In this document: positions 7,677-15,364 of the stretch, piece by piece | How the letters are laid out: every line of letters starts with the position of its first letter | Numbering within the stretch: position 1 is the first letter of the stretch | Virus record (IMG/VR): IMGVR_UViG_3300029258_001469 | Span: 1 to 36,837 of that record | Direction: 5' to 3' (one strand) | DNA: 36,837 bases | Origin: a virus | Lineage: Duplodnaviria; Caudoviricetes | Notes under the pieces: model-generated | The model's input: only the letters and a program-made list of their open reading frames with translations | Databases searched by the model: none | What the model was told of the DNA's origin: nothing | Program-made: the position numbers and the translations under genes

Positions 7677-7691
7677 CTTATATCACTTTCG
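7677..7691 (-). promoter_or_regulatory. BRE/TATA promoter, with an 11-bp tandem AACGG(A/T)AGTGC (7700-7721) upstream
   Basis: Minus strand CGAAAGTGATATAAG. Confidence 0.6.
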
Positions 7692-7724
7692 ATTTTCTCA
7701 ACGGAAGTGCAACGGTAGTGCTTT

Positions 7725-8045
7725 AATTAATAATATGGTAACGAATAGGAAGTCCAACGTAAACACCTATGACATCATTTACCTTAATAATAAGATACAT
7801 ATCCCGTTGATTCAGCTCGTTGCAACAGGTGGTAATCTTGGTTTAATTCAAGACTTTGGAAACGCATTTGTTCACTTTCGTTTAACCTATTAGACATAAA
7901 GAAACCTTACGGAAATTCCCCTATAAAATCCATAGTGCTTAGTTATCTACCTTCGGTATAACGCTATCCCAAAAGCAGTCCTGATATCCTTAGTCGAAAT
8001 CAATATAATACTAGGTTGATTTTTGTGGTAATATAACGCTAAAAC
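7725..8045 (-). ncRNA. candidate structured non-coding RNA (boundaries approximate)
   Basis: No long ORF; downstream of a strong BRE/TATA; several stems with GNRA loops and G-U pairs on the minus strand. Confidence 0.45.
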
Positions 8046-8086
8046 TTTATATAGTGTGGCAACCAGGTAGTATATAAAGGTTTCGG
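8042..8086. promoter_or_regulatory. face-to-face TATA pair (copy 2) at the early/late junction
   Basis: Plus strand AAACTTTATATAG 8042-8054; minus strand CCGAAACCTTTATATA 8086-8071. Confidence 0.6.
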
Positions 8087-8380
8087 TAGCTAACAGGAGG
8101 GGAATTATTTATATGTAACAAATCGACCAACATATAATATTATTGAGAGAGAAGAAAGGAAAACTATATATATACCTTTCTACCTACTCACAAAAGAGAT
8201 ATAATAAAATATGTCAAACAAGGAGAGGCAAGCTAAGCCGGGTATTAGGAACAGGTGGGTTACATTAATTTTAATGCTACCTATATTAATTTAAAAATAA
8301 ATAGAGAGATATTATGAAAGTTATAGATTTATATAAAGCAGGTACCTATTACGGTACTGTTAGTATTAGGGATTTTATAT

Positions 8381-8962
8381 ATGACTAGAACTAATCTAAT
8401 TATAAAATACGGACTAGAACCAGAAGTAGATTCACTTTTAGAAAATGGTTATTCAACATACAGTATTAGAGATGTTATCAGAAACAATCACTCAGATGAG
8501 CCTGAGCTAGTTAAAATTTCTCATATGGCTGTCCAGAGATATAAAGAAAGAAAGGACGAAAACCAACTCATCGAATTGGATGAGAAAGGAGAAGATTTAG
8601 TTGATTTTGTAAAAAGAGACTATAAAGAAACATCTGATGAAATCAGAAAAGAATTAAATAAATGGTCAACTAGATTAGATAAGCTATATAAGAAGGCTGA
8701 AAAAGATGGGAGTTATTCTGATTTAACAAAGGTAATCCAACAATCTAATAAAAACATGATGGACAAACTAAAACTTTCTGAGTCAAAAATGTTCCATCTA
8801 GGTAAACAAATAAAGAATGTTGGAGAGATAAATCAAAAGAAAATACAGAATCTAAACATAATCATGATTGATATAGCAGAAAATGATTTATGTCCCGAGT
8901 GTAGAGAGCGTGTATTAAATAAGATAAATAAAATCTACACAAAAAATGTTGATACAAATTAG
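8381..8962 (+). CDS. putative terminase small subunit
   Basis: N-terminal HTH-like segment, coiled-coil middle, LCPECRERV near the C-terminus; first gene of the packaging module. Confidence 0.7.
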   Translation: MTRTNLIIKYGLEPEVDSLLENGYSTYSIRDVIRNNHSDEPELVKISHMAVQRYKERKDENQLIELDEKGEDLVDFVKRDYKETSDEIRKELNKWSTRLDKLYKKAEKDGSYSDLTKVIQQSNKNMMDKLKLSESKMFHLGKQIKNVGEINQKKIQNLNIIMIDIAENDLCPECRERVLNKINKIYTKNVDTN

Positions 8963-8974
8963 GAGAAGATAAAT

Positions 8975-9226
8975 ATGGCTAAAAAGAAATATAAGACAGT
9001 AACCGTTTCGGCATACGATCCATGGATAACAGTTAAAAAGTTCTTCACAGGACTTTTAATAACTTTAGTACCTATTATACTAGCTTATATCATTGACTTC
9101 GTACAAGGACCTGAATTTCCAGTTGAATACGCAGTATATATACCTATAATTGTTGGTATGATACATGCTTTAATGAACCTATTGAAGCACTACAACGATA
9201 CTAAGACAATAGAAGTTGAAGCTTAA
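8975..9226 (+). CDS. two-TM membrane protein (holin-like)
   Basis: Two hydrophobic helices; AGGAG SD. Confidence 0.65.
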   Translation: MAKKKYKTVTVSAYDPWITVKKFFTGLLITLVPIILAYIIDFVQGPEFPVEYAVYIPIIVGMIHALMNLLKHYNDTKTIEVEA

Positions 9227-9391
9227 TAATAAGTCAGAATTTCTGTAAAGACTGTCGAATCTTTTGAAGACATAAAGAATCATACCTAATGGTTCTTTAA
9301 GACAGACAGTAGACACTGTAGATTTCTACAGAGCAAAACAAAGCTCAGAACCAATGGTATGTTATATTATGTTATTAAAAAATAGAAAAAG

Positions 9392-9514
9392 ATGAAAATG
9401 GATTTAGATAAGTGGTTATCCGATGCATCTAAATGGGTATTACCGTTCTTCGGTATACTATTTATTGCACAGAGTTTGTTAGGATTAACTTTCTCATTTG
9501 GCTTTAACTTCTAA
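9392..9514 (+). CDS. 40-aa membrane microprotein
   Basis: MKMDLDKWLSDASKWVLPFFGILFIAQSLLGLTFSFGFNF. Confidence 0.55.
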   Translation: MKMDLDKWLSDASKWVLPFFGILFIAQSLLGLTFSFGFNF

Positions 9515-9579
9515 GGTTAAATAAAGTCCTAATCAATAAAAAGTTATGTTTATATGTTTTTTTCTATTCATTCGATATT

Positions 9580-10998
9580 ATGACACAAGACTTAGACTCA
9601 TTTAAATATGCACTCGATTACGAAGGATTCATAACCGATATTCTTGGACTCAAATGTGAATGGTTTCACAAGGAATGGATAGAATTATTTGAGAAGAATC
9701 AATATTCTTCTTTATTAGCTCCAAGAGGACATGGTAAATCAGTCCTAGTAGGAGCTTATCTCACTTGGAGAATAGTTAAGAACCCAAATATAAGGGTTCT
9801 AACTGTCACAATTAATCAAGATAAAGCTAACGAAATGATGTCATTAGTACAAAGACCTTTGGAATCTAATGATACCTTAATACAAACTTTTGGTCAACAG
9901 AAGGGTTATGCTGATTGGTCAAGATCTACTCTTAGAGTATTAAGATCTGGACAAGGTGGTATGGCTAACAAGGAACCAACCTTCACGGTATATGGAGTTA
10001 CTGCAGGAATGGTTGGAGGACATTACGATATAATCGTCTTAGACGATATAACTGACCAAAAAAATTCACGAACTGAACATAGAAGAAAGGAATTAGTTGA
10101 TTGGTATAATTCCACCATAACACCTATGCTTGAACCTAATGGACAAATAATCTCTATAGGTACAAGATGGCACGAAGATGATATTCATAATTACTTTCAG
10201 AAACTTACCAATTATAAATCAGCTACATATAAAGCTATCATAGATGAGGAGAAAAAGGAAGTTCTTTGGCCAGGACAATGGACCTACGAGGAACTTATGA
10301 AAAGAAAAGCTGGTATGGGGAGTATCAGTTTTGAAATGCAATATCAAAATGAAATAGTATCCTCTGAGGATTCACCCATTAAAAGAGCATGGGTTGAATA
10401 TTCAGTGGAGCACTTTAAATATCCACAAGATGAAATAGAAACTTTTATAGGAGTAGATTTATCATCTAAAGGAAAGGATACTGATTTTTTCACCATAACT
10501 GTGATAGGAGTATATGAAGGAAAGGTATATGTATTGGATGGATTAAGAACTAAAGCCTCTTTATTTAGGCAATTTGATCTCATTAAATCATATGATACTA
10601 AATGGACACCTTCAAGAATAGGAATAGAACAAGCAGCACAACAGAAAATGATTGTAGATCAATTAACAGAATCTACTACACTCCCGATAGTTCCTATAAA
10701 ATCATCCATCGTAAATGATAGGATGTCTAGAGTACAGAGATTATCTGTATTATTTGAAACTCAACGAATATATTTAAACCCAAAATTAGTAGAATGGGCA
10801 GATGAAATGATATATTTTCCTAGAGGAGCACATGATGATACTATTGACTCATTGTCCTTTGCAGTACAAGCTTCACAACATGAAAGTGACATAGATAAAC
10901 CAGTAGACTGGGGGGCAGTCAAGGATATGATATCCATAGGAAAGAAAGTAGGTTCTACAAAACCTAATGTTAATAGGTATAAAATTACCAAAGTATAA
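9580..10998 (+). CDS. terL: terminase large subunit
   Basis: Walker A APRGHGKS, Walker B IIVLDD, GTRWH coupling motif, nuclease motifs IGVDLS and HDDTIDS. Confidence 0.97.
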   Translation: MTQDLDSFKYALDYEGFITDILGLKCEWFHKEWIELFEKNQYSSLLAPRGHGKSVLVGAYLTWRIVKNPNIRVLTVTINQDKANEMMSLVQRPLESNDTLIQTFGQQKGYADWSRSTLRVLRSGQGGMANKEPTFTVYGVTAGMVGGHYDIIVLDDITDQKNSRTEHRRKELVDWYNSTITPMLEPNGQIISIGTRWHEDDIHNYFQKLTNYKSATYKAIIDEEKKEVLWPGQWTYEELMKRKAGMGSISFEMQYQNEIVSSEDSPIKRAWVEYSVEHFKYPQDEIETFIGVDLSSKGKDTDFFTITVIGVYEGKVYVLDGLRTKASLFRQFDLIKSYDTKWTPSRIGIEQAAQQKMIVDQLTESTTLPIVPIKSSIVNDRMSRVQRLSVLFETQRIYLNPKLVEWADEMIYFPRGAHDDTIDSLSFAVQASQHESDIDKPVDWGAVKDMISIGKKVGSTKPNVNRYKITKV

Positions 10999-11008
10999 TG
11001 GAGGACAC

Positions 11009-11290
11009 ATGTCAGAACAAATTTATATTGGAAGCAAAGATATTTCTAGATACATCTCTGCGGTTTTCTATACTCCAGAAAAAGAAAAGAATATAATTAT
11101 AATGGCTAGAGGTAGCAATATTAAGAAAGCTATAGATATTCTAGCTATACTAATTAGAGATTATTTAGACAATCCAAAGTACGTAATAAAAGTTGATAGT
11201 GAACCTTTTGATAAAAGAAAGGTATCCACATTAGAAATCACACTAACTGGTACAGAAAAGGAAAATATTAAAAAAATTGAAAAAGATTAA
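11009..11290 (+). CDS. alba: Alba-family archaeal DNA/RNA-binding protein
   Basis: IYIGSK...RYI.AV...I.IMARG..I.KAIDI...RKVSTLEI matches Alba; start moved to the ATG at 11009 behind GGAGG. Confidence 0.9.
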   Translation: MSEQIYIGSKDISRYISAVFYTPEKEKNIIIMARGSNIKKAIDILAILIRDYLDNPKYVIKVDSEPFDKRKVSTLEITLTGTEKENIKKIEKD

Positions 11291-11304
11291 AAGAAGAGGA
11301 TTAT

Positions 11305-12594
11305 ATGGGATTAAGAGATAGAATTCCTTTACAATTAAGGAGAAAGAAAAGATCTATTTATCTTGACGATAAAGGTAAACCTAAAACCATAATAGCAACT
11401 GGAAAGGGTGCAGAAAAAGGTAAAATTTCTTCATCTAGTGAAAGAACTGAGTTCCTATTAAAATCTTATAAAGATTATTATGAGGGAGAAAATACAGTCT
11501 TTGCAGCAGTAAATATAACTGCTTGGAACGCTATAATGGTAGGTTATAATTTAATGTCGGATGATGAGAATGCAACAACTTTAATTAAGTCTTATTTAGA
11601 TAAGATAACATTAGATGAAGTGTTATTGGATAGTGTAATATATACATTAGTATATGGAGATGCATTCATAGAGTTAGTTAAAACTTCTAAAGGAGATATA
11701 ACTAGACTCAAATCAGTTGATCCAATAACTATGAATATACTTTATGATAAATTTGGGGTAACTACAGGTTTTCAACAAAAGATTGGTGGAAAACTACAAC
11801 CTACCGTATTAAAACCGGAGGATATAATACATATCAAGTTCTTCCCGAGAGCAAGTTCTCCTTATGGTCTCTCTCTAATAGAACCTTCTAAGGAGACTAT
11901 AGATAGAAAAATAGCTACCGATCAAGCTTTAGCTAATGCAATTATCAGACACGGTACACCTAAATATAAGGTTAGAGTAGGTACACCAGAGGAAATACCA
12001 CCTACATCGGTATTTACTGACATACAGAGTGAATTAGAGGACATTACAGAGTTAAATGAGATTATATTACCAGGATTAGTTGATATAGAGGTAATTGATG
12101 AAAAAGGAGTTCCAGGAGTAGAGGAGTATTCAAATATATTCCAAACTCAATTAGTTATAGGAATGTTATGCCCAGAAGAAGCTCTTGGACTAGGTAAAGG
12201 ATCTACAGAAGCTACAGCTAAAATCAAGGAAGTTATGTATGAAAGATTTGTTCGTTCCATACAAACTAAAATAGCAAATCAAATCAGGATGGAATTAATA
12301 AATCCAATACTAGAAAAGAATGGATTTGAACCTGATATAGTATTTCTTAGATTCAATTCAGTGACTGATGCTGATGAAGCTGTTAAATCAAAATGGCTTG
12401 GAAATTTATTAAGAGGATATCCATCTGGTAAACAACCATTTACTATAAATGAAGTAAGATCTATGTTCGGTTACGCTCCAATAGAAGGTGGGGATGAATT
12501 AATTGTAATCGAGCCTGTTAAAGAAGAAGAGGATGACAATGAAGATGAAGAAACAGAAGGAAAGAAACCTTCACTTCCCGATGATTCCGTTTAA
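11305..12594 (+). CDS. portal protein
   Basis: LVYGDAFIE, EDIIHIKF..YGLSLIE, FTINEVRSMFGYAPIEGGD portal motifs; position after TerL. Confidence 0.95.
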   Translation: MGLRDRIPLQLRRKKRSIYLDDKGKPKTIIATGKGAEKGKISSSSERTEFLLKSYKDYYEGENTVFAAVNITAWNAIMVGYNLMSDDENATTLIKSYLDKITLDEVLLDSVIYTLVYGDAFIELVKTSKGDITRLKSVDPITMNILYDKFGVTTGFQQKIGGKLQPTVLKPEDIIHIKFFPRASSPYGLSLIEPSKETIDRKIATDQALANAIIRHGTPKYKVRVGTPEEIPPTSVFTDIQSELEDITELNEIILPGLVDIEVIDEKGVPGVEEYSNIFQTQLVIGMLCPEEALGLGKGSTEATAKIKEVMYERFVRSIQTKIANQIRMELINPILEKNGFEPDIVFLRFNSVTDADEAVKSKWLGNLLRGYPSGKQPFTINEVRSMFGYAPIEGGDELIVIEPVKEEEDDNEDEETEGKKPSLPDDSV

Positions 12595-13045
12595 ATATAA
12601 TAAAAAAATTCTTAGTAAATCTTCAGATGTAAGAATCTATAGAGACACAATCCTATTAACAGAAGGTGAGTTCTCAGATTCAATTACTATGAGCCCAGTT
12701 ATGTACACATATGATGAAATTGAAAAGGGTGCAACAAATTGGTCAGCTAATTTTCTTAATTTAGATCATTCGTTTGAAGTTCTAAAGAGAGTAGGTTTTA
12801 TTAAGAATACGTATTTCAAGGACGGAGCTGTTAGAGGAGATTTATATATCTTCCCAATAACTGAAAATGCTAAGAGTGTAATTAAAATGATAGATAATGG
12901 TTTAGTTAATTGGCTTTCAGTTGAGCTAACCACTCAAGATTATTGGAATCCAGATGATAATAAAAGATATGCAAGTAATATAGAATTCATAGGAGCAGCA
13001 GTAGTTCTATATCCAGCTTGTGAAAATACGAGGATTAAACCTTGA
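12581..13045 (+). CDS. prohead protease-like protein (clan SH; Mu gpI/DUF2213-like)
   Basis: LNLDH (His), G.I, LSVEL (Ser), GAAVVLYPA; likely start 12581 rather than 12533. Confidence 0.75.
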   Translation: MIPFKYNKKILSKSSDVRIYRDTILLTEGEFSDSITMSPVMYTYDEIEKGATNWSANFLNLDHSFEVLKRVGFIKNTYFKDGAVRGDLYIFPITENAKSVIKMIDNGLVNWLSVELTTQDYWNPDDNKRYASNIEFIGAAVVLYPACENTRIKP

Positions 13046-13296
13046 TAACTGAATACATTGAAATGAAAGAAGTATTTGGAAAGGAATGTATATGTTTAAC
13101 ATATAGTGGAACACCAACTATAGTATTTATAGATAGTGGTTTTGATACCATAATAAATAATATAGCTGAATATCTAATTGAAAATAAAATTAAATACTAT
13201 TCAAAGGATATTAAAGTGATTCCTAAGTTAGGTAGGAAATTCAATAAGAAATTTAGAGAAGAATTGAATGATGTGATAATGGTAAATACACTATGA
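13042..13296 (+). CDS. hypothetical protein
   Basis: ORF track; overlaps both neighbours by 4 nt. Confidence 0.6.
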   Translation: MITEYIEMKEVFGKECICLTYSGTPTIVFIDSGFDTIINNIAEYLIENKIKYYSKDIKVIPKLGRKFNKKFREELNDVIMVNTL

Positions 13297-13448
13297 AAAC
13301 AAAAAATATAGTATGCTCATTCTACAACCGTTGTAAAAATTATGGCAAAGAATGTCATCATTGTAAGTGGAATGCATCTTGTGAATTAGGAAACTATTTG
13401 GTATTAGAAACTGAAGATGGTAAAACCATCCGATACTTAGAGAGTTAA
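13293..13448 (+). CDS. 51-aa Cys-rich microprotein
   Basis: MKTKNIVCSFYNRCKNYGKECHHCKWNASCELG...; ATGA overlap. Confidence 0.65.
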   Translation: MKTKNIVCSFYNRCKNYGKECHHCKWNASCELGNYLVLETEDGKTIRYLES

Positions 13449-13450
13449 TA

Positions 13451-13771
13451 ATGGATCATCAAATTAGAGTAAAGGGTTGTCCTCTCTGTGATATATTTTT
13501 AGATCCAAAAAATAATCTAAAAACAAAATTATATTACCCAGAGAAAGTTGAGGATATACCTAAAGCCGAATTCATCATAGTTGATTGTCTAACTTGTAAA
13601 ACTCCTATGGTAATTTACGGTGAACATATAACACAAATAACTAGAGAGTCATGGGGCAGAATATTATATAGGAGTAGAAGAATATTTGGTGGTGGAATCA
13701 CCCTAAGATGTAAAGGCAGAAGAATATTTGATCATCATCATTGTCATATAATGGGTATTAATAAAATATGA
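13451..13771 (+). CDS. HIT-like protein
   Basis: N-terminal CPLC, central GEHI, C-terminal DHHHCHI histidine triad. Confidence 0.7.
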   Translation: MDHQIRVKGCPLCDIFLDPKNNLKTKLYYPEKVEDIPKAEFIIVDCLTCKTPMVIYGEHITQITRESWGRILYRSRRIFGGGITLRCKGRRIFDHHHCHIMGINKI

Positions 13772-13857
13772 AATTTAAATATGTAGCTAACAAAATATCC
13801 TGGCTTGTTCTAACATTAGTAGCAATATGGTATATATTAACGGAGGTAGTTAATTAA
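13768..13857 (+). CDS. 29-aa TM microprotein
   Basis: MKFKYVANKISWLVLTLVAIWYILTEVVN; ATGA overlap. Confidence 0.5.
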   Translation: MKFKYVANKISWLVLTLVAIWYILTEVVN

Positions 13858-13858
13858 T

Positions 13859-13930
13859 ATGTGTATAAGAAACGTAGTCCCCTTTGGACCAGGTATATTC
13901 CCATATATCATAGGTTATAGGAGAAAATAA
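13859..13930 (+). CDS. 23-aa microprotein
   Basis: MCIRNVVPFGPGIFPYIIGYRRK; GGAGGT SD. Confidence 0.4.
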   Translation: MCIRNVVPFGPGIFPYIIGYRRK

Positions 13931-13931
13931 A

Positions 13932-14012
13932 ATGAGAGTAATGGAAACTGGAGAAAATCCAGGGTTTAATGCAAAAATGATGGGTTATTGTTTTTGCTCT
14001 TTTAGTTTTTAA
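13932..14012 (+). CDS. 26-aa microprotein
   Basis: MRVMETGENPGFNAKMMGYCFCSFSF; AGGAG SD. Confidence 0.35.
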   Translation: MRVMETGENPGFNAKMMGYCFCSFSF

Positions 14013-14023
14013 ATGAGATATAT

Positions 14024-14176
14024 ATGATTGAAAAAACATATAATGCCAATAAACCATTTGAAGAAAGTGGTTACGAAGATAGAGCAACTTGGTGGGCTGA
14101 TAAACTTATGCTACATGGAGAAACAATTCCACAACTAAATCCAAAGAATGTAGATAATTATTATATATCTTGTTAA
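14024..14176 (+). CDS. 50-aa hypothetical microprotein
   Basis: MIEKTYNANKPFEESGYEDRATWWADKLMLHG...; ends 1 nt before the next gene. Confidence 0.5.
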   Translation: MIEKTYNANKPFEESGYEDRATWWADKLMLHGETIPQLNPKNVDNYYISC

Positions 14177-14177
14177 T

Positions 14178-14441
14178 ATGCCAGTAAAATCTTGTCACAC
14201 TGATGGTAAACCAGGTTATTCCTGGGGAGATTCAGGTAAATGTTACACCTATACTCCAGGTAATGAGCAATCTAAGAAAGAAGCTTACGATAAAGCGGTA
14301 AGACAAGGTAGAGCTATTCAAGTAAATAAAGAAGATTATGATAATATCATGAGTATAATAGAGGATATAAAGGATAGATTACCTCATATATCTGGACATT
14401 ATACCCCTTACGTACCATCCGAAACTGTAGAAGTTGATTAA
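14178..14441 (+). CDS. small conserved-looking head-module protein
   Basis: MP...GYSWGDSGKCY...KAVRQGRAI pattern, which I recall from small viral head-region proteins. Confidence 0.65.
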   Translation: MPVKSCHTDGKPGYSWGDSGKCYTYTPGNEQSKKEAYDKAVRQGRAIQVNKEDYDNIMSIIEDIKDRLPHISGHYTPYVPSETVEVD

Positions 14442-14477
14442 GTATGTATAATATGTAAAAAAACATAAAAGAGAAAA

Positions 14478-14684
14478 ATGAGTCTTATTGGAACGTATAG
14501 AGCAAGCTGTAATAAATGTCTTGAAGATGCAGGTCCATCCTCCTCATCGAGGGTAATTAGTTTTACAGGTTTTAGACCTTCAGGTTTACATTATGGTAAT
14601 GCTTTAGCTGTTTGTTTATATGTTTGGTCAGGTTCAAGTCATGTTCATGGTGACTGGATACCACTAAAACGTGAATGGCTATAA
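14478..14684 (+). CDS. hypothetical CxxC protein
   Basis: ORF track; CNKC. Confidence 0.6.
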   Translation: MSLIGTYRASCNKCLEDAGPSSSSRVISFTGFRPSGLHYGNALAVCLYVWSGSSHVHGDWIPLKREWL

Positions 14685-14713
14685 TGTCTTAATGTATTTA
14701 TATTTGAATCAAG

Positions 14714-15139
14714 ATGGTAGATTTATCACGGTTAAAACAATTAGAAGAAGAATTGAGGCTGGAGGTAGAAGGTAAATTATCAAATGGACCCCTATTGGAT
14801 ATCCTTTTCACTTACTTCAATACATTCGATACCTATATAGTAATAACGGATAAGAAAAGAAATATATTATTCTTAAATGAATCAATTAAAGATAGAATAT
14901 CAGATTTAGGACACGATCCTGAAAAATTTATTAGAGCTCCTTGTATAGGAATATTAACAGGTGAATGCCCACTAAAGGATAATTGTCCAGTGGTTAAATG
15001 TATGGAAACTAAAAAAGTAGTAGTTAAAAAAAATACAAAGAGTCCAATGTCCGATAAAATTTATGATTTAGTTTGCATGCCTCTAAAATACAATGGTGTA
15101 TCATCAGTTGTTGAAATGTGGACAGAAGAAGAGGAATAA
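14714..15139 (+). CDS. stand-alone PAS-domain protein with Cys cluster
   Basis: IVITDKKRNILFLNES PAS start, C-x7-C-x5-CP-x3-C motif, terminal YDLVCMPL..G....VVE strands. Confidence 0.8.
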   Translation: MVDLSRLKQLEEELRLEVEGKLSNGPLLDILFTYFNTFDTYIVITDKKRNILFLNESIKDRISDLGHDPEKFIRAPCIGILTGECPLKDNCPVVKCMETKKVVVKKNTKSPMSDKIYDLVCMPLKYNGVSSVVEMWTEEEE

Positions 15140-15360
15140 TGGCATTAGATTACGAAAAGTTTATGCTTAAGCAAACTGAATGGCGTGGAGAAGTCACAAA
15201 TAAACTCGATAATATAAACCGAGATGTAGATGAGATTAAGTCTGACATCAAAGATATAAAGAAACAAATTAATCGAACTAATGTAAGAGTAGCAACAATA
15301 GCAGGTACAGTATCGGGTATAATAGCTATGATAACTTTAGCTGTAGCGGTAATGGTATAA
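15139..15360 (+). CDS. coiled-coil protein with C-terminal TM (XhlA-like architecture)
   Basis: Heptad stretch followed by a hydrophobic tail; start moved to 15139 (GAGG SD, TAATG overlap). Confidence 0.6.
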   Translation: MALDYEKFMLKQTEWRGEVTNKLDNINRDVDEIKSDIKDIKKQINRTNVRVATIAGTVSGIIAMITLAVAVMV

Positions 15361-15364
15361 TTAT

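Noticed and set aside
7725-8045. tRNA, group I intron or hammerhead ribozyme
   Set aside because: No cloverleaf or T-loop, no convincing P7/R/S elements, no CUGAUGA core, and no interrupted gene
9580-10998. Intein or intron in terL
   Set aside because: Normal length, contiguous motifs, no splicing motifs
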